25,461 bases of DNA from Tubiluchus corallicola (lineage: Eukaryota > Animalia > Priapulida): contig JAQGDQ010000270.1 of NCBI GenBank assembly GCA_030141605.1, forward strand, positions 203,020 through 228,480. The letters are read 5' to 3'. Of this stretch, positions 1 through 6,732 are shown one piece after another; position 1 is the stretch's first letter; every line of letters begins with the position of its first letter. The position numbers were made by a program, and so were the translations under genes. The notes under the pieces are model-generated. The model made no database searches and had not been told where the DNA came from. It saw nothing but the letters and a program-made list of their open reading frames with translations.

Positions 1-45
1 ACCACGCTTGCCCGCATTACATTTGCACTTTGTTATGCCACGTTT
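1..45 (-). repeat. attC-like site, partial (R'' inverse core and start of stem; continues beyond window edge)
   Basis: Minus strand reads AAACGTGGCATAAC-AAAGTGCAAATGTAATGCGGGCAAGCGTGGT downstream of the cassette genes. GTGGCATAAC (41->32) is the exact complement of GTTATGCCAC at the cassette start (1306->1297). The second arm is not visible. Confidence 0.65.
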
Positions 46-66
46 TTATTTTTAGCCTTTAAGTGT

Positions 67-175
67 GAATCCACTCCGAAAAGTGGATTTTGACAATTTT
101 ATAACTTATAACTAGTTGAAAACCAGTAGTCCATTTTGTTCAGAATTACCTAAAAAGGGTTTTCGGAGTGGACTC
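67..175. mobile_element. MITE, 109 bp, 16-bp TIRs, 6-bp target-site duplication
   Basis: GAATCCACTCCGAAAA (67-82) and TTTTCGGAGTGGACTC (160-175) are inverted repeats with 1 mismatch. They are flanked by the direct repeat AAGTGT at 61-66 and 176-181. No transposase ORF inside. Confidence 0.85.
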
Positions 176-194
176 AAGTGTATAATTAAAATGA

Positions 195-221
195 TAAGGC
201 GATGCTGGTTGCACCGCCTTA
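195..221 (-). terminator. Putative terminator hairpin downstream of cassette genes
   Basis: TAAGGCGATGC-TGGTT-GCACCGCCTTA stem-loop ~27 bp after the stop at 248, with a weak U-rich tail on the minus strand. Confidence 0.5.
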
Positions 222-247
222 GTAAATTGAGTCTAAATTGGATGATA

Positions 248-490
248 TTATTTATCGAAATATAATTCTTTAAAAAAATATGAAGAATAGAACGGTATTA
301 TAAAAACTTTCCAAGACTCGTTTTTCTTAATTATTCCCTTATCGACCAATCTTCTTGAATCAGTAAATCCCCGATATACTACATATGATAGTAATAAAAC
401 CAAAAATAATATAGAATTATTGAATGCTGACCATACTAATAAAGGTATTGGCAATAGAATGGAAAAATAATAAATGAATAAATTTTTCAT
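248..490 (-). CDS. Small integral membrane protein, 80 aa (candidate immunity protein)
   Basis: Two N-terminal hydrophobic helices plus a hydrophobic C-terminal segment. Starts 10 bp after the upstream gene stops. Immunity role is inference from position. Confidence 0.7.
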   Translation of the reverse strand: MKNLFIYYFSILLPIPLLVWSAFNNSILFLVLLLSYVVYRGFTDSRRLVDKGIIKKNESWKVFIIPFYSSYFFKELYFDK

Positions 491-500
491 ATCATGAATT

Positions 501-1133
501 TTATAAATTTGCTCCTACACACGCTGCTGCAATAGCTGCTGCTGTTGCAGGTATGAACGCAGTTTGAACAAAAGCCCAAACTGAAACCCATCCATGGTTT
601 GTATATGCGTCCGCAACACAGCCTGCAACATCCTGTCCTGTAGATTTTAAACGTGCTTGTTTGTAAAGTGTTTCAATGCTTTCTGTATTTGCATTTAACT
701 TTAAAGATAACATTAATGTATTACTGTCATCATAATAATTGATAATTTTAGTTTGTTCGTCAACAGATTCTGTTTTAACAATTGCCGCCTGACCTAAATT
801 GCCATTATCATCAATTGCAATCGTAAAACCAAAATTAGAATCATTACATTCGTCAAAGCCAACTTGATTTGCAATGAGAACTTTTTGGTCTGATTCAGAT
901 AGCCCTACTTCAAAAATATTATCAGTATCAAAAATAATAGATTCTGTTGATTTAAGAGTGGTAACCTTAGACTTAAATTCATTAATCAGGTCTGTATTTG
1001 TAACCTTTTTGATGAAAATATTTTCTGAATCACTCAATGTTTCATCATTAACTAAAGAGTCTTCTTTTTAACAAGAAACGAATGTTAAAAACATTCCAAA
1101 AATCAATGCTGAGATTGTTAACAAATTTTTCAT
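501..1133 (-). pseudogene. Lipoprotein with hydrophobic, Cys-flanked C-terminal (bacteriocin-like) tail; premature TAA at codon 22
   Basis: ATG at 1133 after an A-rich leader gives MKNLLTISALIFGMFLTFVSC*KEDSLVNDETLSDSEN..., in frame with the 501..1037 ORF. Signal peptide II with lipobox FVSC is followed directly by TAA (1070-1068). Confidence 0.8.
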
Positions 1134-1292
1134 TTTTTTTAAATAATTAATGAGGTTTCCCTCGTTTATACATTTTTTCTCCTACTCTTTTGTTTTTCAG
1201 AACTCACGGTTTCTTTTCTGTTTAATGTCGTTTTCAACTTTCACATATTCGACGTTGGGAGGTCAGCCCGCTTTTAACCATTCTGCTTTTTT

Positions 1293-1326
1293 AAATGTGG
1301 CATAACGTAGGTGTTATTTGCAGTGC
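1293..1326 (-). other. attI-like recombination site downstream of the integrase
   Basis: Minus strand reads GCACTGCAAATAACACCTAC-GTTATGCCACATTT, with the core ~40 bp after the integrase stop. It aligns in inverted orientation with GCATTACATTTGCACTTT-GTTATGCCACGTTT at 14-45. Confidence 0.6.
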
Positions 1327-1346
1327 AATTAACATTCTATTATGTG

Positions 1347-2494
1347 CTACGCTTGTAAGTTGTTGTTATCCTTTTGTTTATCGCTTATAATCTTGTCTAG
1401 TGGGCTAATAATTTTTGCAAGAGATTTATTACTCACATGGGTATAAATCTCTGTTGTTTTTGTTGTTTCATGCCCTAATAAAGTTTGAATATACCTAATA
1501 TCTACACCCTGTTCAAACAGATGGGTAGCAAAAGAATGCCTTAACATATGTGGTGTTACTTTCTTGCCAATCCCTGCCTTCTGAACTGCGGTATCCAATA
1601 CCCTGCCAATGCTGCTTGTACTATATTGCTTCCTATCCTGACCTTCAAACAGCCAGTAATTGGGTTTAAACTGTTGTATGTATATTTTCAGCAGTTTTGC
1701 ATTAGCTTCCGACAAAATGCTTATACGGTCTTTCTTACCTTTTGCTCCCTTCATCAATACGGTGTTTCGTTCAAAATCGATGTCCTGTATCCGAAGTTTA
1801 ATAAGCTCACTTCTCTCAGTCCAGATGAATAAATAGTTGAAAGAATTGCTTTATGCTTACTGTTTGAAACAGCACTAAGGATGGCAAATATCTCTCCTTC
1901 GCTTAGTACATTCGGTAATACCTTTTCCTTGTGCGGACGTTCTATGTTATAGTACTCCTTGGCACGTCCCAATACCTTCTCGTAGTAGAATTTAATGGCA
2001 TTAATGCGTTGGTTTTGCTGAGAGGGTGATATCTTGTCCTTTCTGATTAAATCAAGAATATAAGCATCAATTTGGTGTTTTTCTACCTCATCAATATCAA
2101 CATCAGAAAAGTAGCCCAGAAACTGTTCAAAATAGTGGCAGTATAGCTTAATGGTGTTCGTGCTATACCTCTTTTGTTCCAATTTATCAAGGTATGCTTT
2201 AGGAACTGGTGCTTTTGACCTTTTATGCACACGCTTAGCAGGAGTTTCTTCTTCTGATTTTTTCTTTAATGCCGAATAATCAATAAAAGCAAGGTCTTTA
2301 AACTGCTCAAAAAATATGTTTAGCTTGAAGCTATCTTGCTCCAAATACCAACAATTACATGACGCACTCCAAGTAGCATTAGTCACGTCCTTTATATGGT
2401 TTATTATCGACTGATTGTACTTAAAACTAATACAAATAACGACTTGTCCATTATGCCGCTCGGGAGATAGAACTATTTGAGGCTTGACATTCAC
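1347..2494 (-). pseudogene. Tyrosine recombinase (IntI/XerD-like with N-terminal SAM-like domain), split by 1-nt frameshift at ~1811-1817
   Basis: Motifs YSTNTIKLY, SQQNQRINAIKFYYEKVL, LPNVLS, YSSGLR, KGKKDR, HMLRHSFATHL and LLGH...TTEIYTHV. Restoring one A gives continuous GLRRSELIKLRIQDIDFERNTVLMKGAKGKKDR, joining ORFs 1754..2494 and 1347..1757. Confidence 0.9.
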
Positions 2495-2762
2495 ATTAGT
2501 AAGGTTTTCCGAAATGTAGCAATAAGATTTTATTTAACCATAAGTTTTAATCATATTATTATATCTTACTTTTACTACTTGCCATGTTCCAGTGAACACA
2601 TGTTATAGCATTATATAATTAATGGTAAAAATCGAAGATGGTATTTATTTAAGATTTATAAATTGACTAATTCCGATTGTAATAATAAGTACCAATACAC
2701 TTCTTAAAGTGTCACTCTTTTTCCTATATTAGAGTTTTAAACAAAGCCATTAAATTGATTAC

Positions 2763-3632
2763 ATGAACACGTCTCTAAAGCACTTGCCAGAAAATAAACA
2801 GGATGAACTTAATGCATTGAAAGAATTGTTCGCCTCATCTGAAAAAGTTAAGATGGTGATTCTTTTTGGAAGTTACGCTCGTGGTTCATGGGTTCAGGAT
2901 AGTTATGTGGAAAAAGGTATCATATTCGAATACGAAAGTGATTATGATTTGTTGGTATTGATGGATAATGAAGATATGTCTCTTCAGAATCACTTTGAAA
3001 ATCGCATCAAAAAAGAGCTCGTCAATACCGGTCAACTAAAAACTCCTGTCTCATGTATATTTCATGGAATTGATAGAGTTAATGAGGCATTGTCCGATGG
3101 GCATTATTTTTTTGTAGATATTCAGAAAGAAGGAATTGTTCTTGTCGACAAAGACGAAATTGAGCTGGTGAAACCGAGAATACTAACTCCAATTGAACTA
3201 CAAGAAAAAGCTTTGAATTATTTTAATCAGTGGTATAAGTCAGCATCAAATTTTATTAATCAATTTGAATATGCCTTTACAAAAGACGATAACTTTATTT
3301 CGGCTTTTATACTTCATCAAGCGACTGAACGATTTTATGTTGCAATACTTCTGGTTTTTACTGGTTATCGACCTAAAACACATAGTTTAGATGCACTTAG
3401 TTCTAGAGCGGAAATGCTTGATGAACGTTTTAAAGAAATTTTCCCAAGAAATACAGATGAACAGAAAAATCTTTTTCGCTTATTACACCGGGCATACATA
3501 GATGCTCGTTATAAGATGGATGAGTATCAAATCACAAAAAATGATTTAGAATACCTTGGGACAAGAGTAAGTCTTCTTCAGAAATTAACAGAGGAAATTT
3601 GCATGGAAAAGATCGAAGGATTTCTAAAATAA
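2763..3632 (+). CDS. Nucleotidyltransferase (MNT)-HEPN domain fusion protein
   Basis: N-terminal LFGSYARG...SDYDLLV pol-beta-type NTase motif. C-terminal HEPN-like LHQATE...YRPKTHSL...AYIDARY. Confidence 0.85.
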   Translation: MNTSLKHLPENKQDELNALKELFASSEKVKMVILFGSYARGSWVQDSYVEKGIIFEYESDYDLLVLMDNEDMSLQNHFENRIKKELVNTGQLKTPVSCIFHGIDRVNEALSDGHYFFVDIQKEGIVLVDKDEIELVKPRILTPIELQEKALNYFNQWYKSASNFINQFEYAFTKDDNFISAFILHQATERFYVAILLVFTGYRPKTHSLDALSSRAEMLDERFKEIFPRNTDEQKNLFRLLHRAYIDARYKMDEYQITKNDLEYLGTRVSLLQKLTEEICMEKIEGFLK

Positions 3633-3920
3633 TCAGTCACCCAAAGTGAAGCATCATTATACGTTTATTTAATTAAACGTTGTAACGTTTCAACGCCACA
3701 ACCAATAATTACTCAAATCATTTCATGAATATCTAATTAAGCAATCCTATTATCATGTCACAATATCATTCCTTGCTTATTGAGCTTGTTAATCTATTGC
3801 TGACTTAAAAATACCTATGCGGATTTCAGAGGAGAGGGAGTTGAACGTTTTTTTCAAACTCTAAAAGGAGTAACTATACTCATTTAGAGAAGTCACCTAA
3901 TGCCTATGCGTCTTTCGTTG

Positions 3921-4087
3921 GGTCGGTCGTTGTTGTTTTGGAAGTCTACAATGTATGCCAACGGCAAGCAAGTTTTTTCCAAAAAATACGATTCATCGAA
4001 TGGAGATTTTTTGAAAAACCTTTGCTTGAACTTGATTGTCCGTTTGGCATAAAATTACATTTACTTCCAAAACAACAATTACCGGCC
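3921..4087. repeat. ~167-bp nested imperfect inverted repeat (long hairpin)
   Basis: Perfect 16-bp arms TTGTTGTTTTGGAAGT (3930-3945) / ACTTCCAAAACAACAA (4063-4078). Further nested pairings at 3954-3964/4040-4051, 3965-3971/4022-4028 and 3974-3987/4006-4018. Confidence 0.85.
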
Positions 4088-4149
4088 TTATGAAGGTTTT
4101 ATCCCTTTTAATTCCCTGCTAAAAGTAAAGCAGAGAGTAATTTTCTCAC

Positions 4150-4194
4150 TTTTTTAAAACCTCTCCTTATTGGGTGAGAGAGGATTTTAAAAAA
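4150..4194. repeat. Inverted repeat / hairpin
   Basis: TTTTTTAAAACCTCTC ... GAGAGGATTTTAAAAAA (one bulge). Confidence 0.65.
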
Positions 4195-4406
4195 ATTGGA
4201 AAAATGAGTTTAAGAAAAGAGAAATTGGTTTTTGTCAGGCAAGCAGGCTAAATAATTTATACGAAATGTATTAGTCCTAATTGTAGCCAAATGAAGCCAA
4301 CGTTTGCCACAAATTTCACTTAATTAGTGGCATTATTTAATATTTCTATGTTTGACTAAAGACTGTGGTTAAAACAAGAATATTTTATCCACTGATTATA
4401 TACGCA

Positions 4407-4592
4407 ATGCATAAGAAAGAAAACAGTACTATAGAAGAAGCAACGAAAAGAGTCAAAGAGAGACTGCCCTTTGAAAAAATCCGGCGTGTTCCAAAATACA
4501 GAAACATAACATTTCAGGAATATGAAAAACTAATAAAGGATGCTGAAACAGTTGCACTCTTAATTCTAAAAGTATTTTCATCCAAGAAATAG
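4407..4592 (+). CDS. Small basic hypothetical protein upstream of serine recombinase
   Basis: ORF 4365..4592; ATG at 4407 is the more plausible start (MHKKENSTIEEATKRVKERL..., 61 aa). Co-oriented, 71 bp before the recombinase. Confidence 0.55.
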   Translation: MHKKENSTIEEATKRVKERLPFEKIRRVPKYRNITFQEYEKLIKDAETVALLILKVFSSKK

Positions 4593-4663
4593 CAACAATT
4601 ATGTTCACTATTTTATTATTTTAAGAGCAGTTTTTCAATACAGAATGTTAGCACTTTTAAGCC

Positions 4664-6411
4664 ATGAATGATTTAGTCAATTTCAAACAATTCACTCCAC
4701 AAGTTCCTAAGAAATTCCAAGAGGGAAATAATGCAGTTATTTATACACGTGTTTCTTCAGCAGAGCAGGAAGATAACACAAGCCTCGCATCACAAAAGAA
4801 ACACTGTGAGATGTATGCCCAAAAACGTGGATTAAATGTGATTGGATACTTTGGAGGAACATACGAATCTGCAAAAACAGATGACAGGAAGGAGTTTAAC
4901 AGGATGCTTAGTTTTGTTAAACGCTCCAACAATATAAGCTATGTGATTGTGTATTCTTATGAACGCTTTTCCCGTTCTGGAATAAATGGTGCTTCCATAG
5001 CTGACGAGTTGCTGTCTAAATATGGCGTAGTTACTTTGGCAACCGCTCAGGAACTTGACCCAACAACTCCATCAGGTTCTTTTCAGCAAAAAATACTCTT
5101 CTTATTTGGACAAATGGACAATGAGCGAGAGAAAAGATAGTGACCGGAATGAAAGAATTACTGATGAAAGGCTATTGGGTTTGGGCTCCTCCAAGAGGAT
5201 ACAAGGACTTAAATAAAGGAAAAGCAATAGAAAGGAAGTTAGTAGTTAACGAGGAAGGGAAACTACTAAAAAAAGCTTTTGAGTGGAAAGCCTACAATGA
5301 AATGTCAAATATTGAAATTTCCCGTAAACTTAAACAACTGGGTGTTGATATAACCGATAAAAGATTACACGCCGTATTCTTAAATCCTTTCTATTGTGGA
5401 GTTATTGTAAGTAAGATGATTCCAGGAAAGATAGTTATAGGAAAACATGAGCCATTAATTTCAAAAGAGCTATTCTTATTGGCAAACCAAATCAAGAAGC
5501 AGAATCGGCCACAAGGATATGTATATGACCAAGAAAGAGAAAACCTCCCATTAAAACTATTTATTAAATGTGATAAGTGTAAAAATGGGATGACGGGATA
5601 TTTGGTAAAAAAGAAATCACTGCACTATTACAAATGCAATACTAAGGGATGCGGTTCAAACCGAAGCGCGATAGCAATGCATGAATTATTCCGAAGCCTA
5701 TTAAAGAATTTTAAGATAGAAAAAGAAGAAATGGTACTGGTTAAAGTCCAACTTGAAGAACAAATAACAGGTTTCCTTAAGACTAATATAGAAGAAACCA
5801 AGACTTTAAAAGTTCGTTTAGAAGAGGCCAACAAGAAACTAAACACCATAGATGAACGATTTGTAATGGGTGAAATCAGTCGTGATTTGTATGATAGGTT
5901 CAGACCAAAATACGAAAAGGAGTGTGTGGAAATTGAACAAGCATTAAGCAACACAGGGGATTACTTATCGAACCTCAAAAAAGTGATTGATTTTGCACTT
6001 AAAACATGCCTGAACCCCTTGAAAATATGGGATAGTTCAGATTTGTTTGGAAAAAGAATATTTCAGAATTTACTATTCCCAGAAGGAATTATCTATAATC
6101 GGGAGAAGGACCAATATCGAACCACGAGAATAAATTCCTTCTTTGCCCCAATCCTAGAAATAACGCGGGATTTGGGAGGACATAAAAAAAGGGATTTCGC
6201 TAAAAATTGCGAAATCCCCCGTTGGGTGGAGCTGGCGGGAGTCGAACCCGCGTCCAAACGAGGAAGCAATACGCTTTCTACATGCTTATCTCCGACTTGG
6301 TTTTCGAACGGGAACAGGATCAGAGCCACCGATTACCGCCTTAGCTTCTATGTTTTTATTGTGGCAGCGAAGCGACACCACAACTATTCCCAATTTTTTT
6401 GCACCTCCTAA
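4664..6411 (+). pseudogene. Large serine recombinase (resolvase + recombinase + Zn-ribbon/coiled coil), frameshifted at ~5125-5137
   Basis: AVIYTRVSS catalytic Ser motif, ERFSR, APPRGY, NPFYCG, GKHEPLIS, KCDKC...YYKC...GC. The two ORFs overlap at TAG/GTG 5138-5142 and join by a -1 shift (..MDNERREKIVTGMKE..). The 3' end overlaps the tmRNA antisense. Confidence 0.9.
6184..6220 (-). terminator. Intrinsic terminator of tmRNA
   Basis: Minus strand GGGATTTCGC-AATTTTTA-GCGAAATCCC followed by 7 T, a few bases after the tmRNA 3' end. Confidence 0.85.
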
Positions 6412-6623
6412 TCGGGCCGTCTTGGGAAGTAACACCCGGGAGATGTCTCGTCCAGGCATCTTATGCCCGGATGAGCCTGCCTACTGTAACTTCAGCTTAG
6501 GCTGCGAGAGCGTAGTTATTTTCGCCAATTACAAATATTGAAAGTTAGGATTTACGGGCCAACATAACAAAGCCCGGCATGCTTACGCACCTCTCCTGCC
6601 CGCTGTCAAAACCAGTCAGCCCC
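6225..6623 (-). ncRNA. ssrA: Transfer-messenger RNA
   Basis: 5' GGGGCTGACTGGTTTTGACAGC and 3' GACGCGGGTTCGACTCCCGCCAGCTCCACC (Ala acceptor stem with G3:U, T-loop). Tag frame 6526->6497 encodes GENNYALAA*. Confidence 0.97.
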
Positions 6624-6639
6624 TATAAGAAGTGGGCTA

Positions 6640-6647
6640 CAAAGATA
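6640..6647 (-). promoter_or_regulatory. Bacteroidota -7 promoter element for ssrA
   Basis: TATCTTTG (consensus TAnnTTTG) 16 bp upstream of the tmRNA 5' end. Confidence 0.75.
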
Positions 6648-6732
6648 CTCATTTTTTATTTACAGGTTTGCTTTAACTGTCAACAGAGCTTATTTGCGGA
6701 TTATTATTTTGGTTTTACTGATTCGGTAGGGC

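Larger units (their letters stand above)
32..1305 (-). mobile_element. Integron-like gene cassette (two co-oriented genes)
   Basis: Bounded by G|TTATGCCAC and GTGGCATAAC in the core/inverse-core arrangement of integron cassettes. Both genes lie on the same strand as the cores and the adjacent tyrosine recombinase. Confidence 0.65.
1..6226. mobile_element. Genomic island integrated at the tmRNA 3' end (left boundary outside window)
   Basis: Large serine recombinase abuts and overlaps the ssrA 3' end. Cargo is a tyrosine recombinase, MNT-HEPN and cassette genes. By eye it is more A/T-rich and lacks the strong +strand G/T skew of the core genes to the right. No duplicated ssrA end was found in the window. 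Confidence 0.8.

Noticed and set aside
1068-1070. TAA in lipoprotein as evidence of stop-codon reassignment
   Set aside because: TAA terminates many ordinary genes in this window (e.g. HEPN, rho, rfbG); a single nonsense mutation or base-call error is simpler.
1215-1280. Short 15-codon ORF (MVKSGLTSQRRICES) at the cassette 5' end, minus strand
   Set aside because: Too short, with no supporting signal; could be random.
2664-2675. Possible SOS-type operator (TGACTAATTCCG vs GGA-N5-TCC) upstream of the integrase
   Set aside because: A mismatch in a very short motif within AT-rich DNA is not distinguishable from chance.
5125-5140. Canonical programmed -1 frameshift in the serine recombinase
   Set aside because: No X_XXY_YYZ heptamer in the correct frame and no obvious downstream stimulatory hairpin; kept only as a weak alternative in the findings.
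1-6180. Duplicated ssrA 3' fragment marking the other island end
   Set aside because: Not found by eye in the window; presumably further left, or very short as is usual for serine recombinases.
6225-6256. tRNA gene
   Set aside because: The T-arm/acceptor belongs to tmRNA; the matching 5' end is ~400 nt away and a tag ORF lies between.
6093-6541. ORFs 6093..6329 and 6350..6541
   Set aside because: They overlap the tmRNA/recombinase and show no coding signal.
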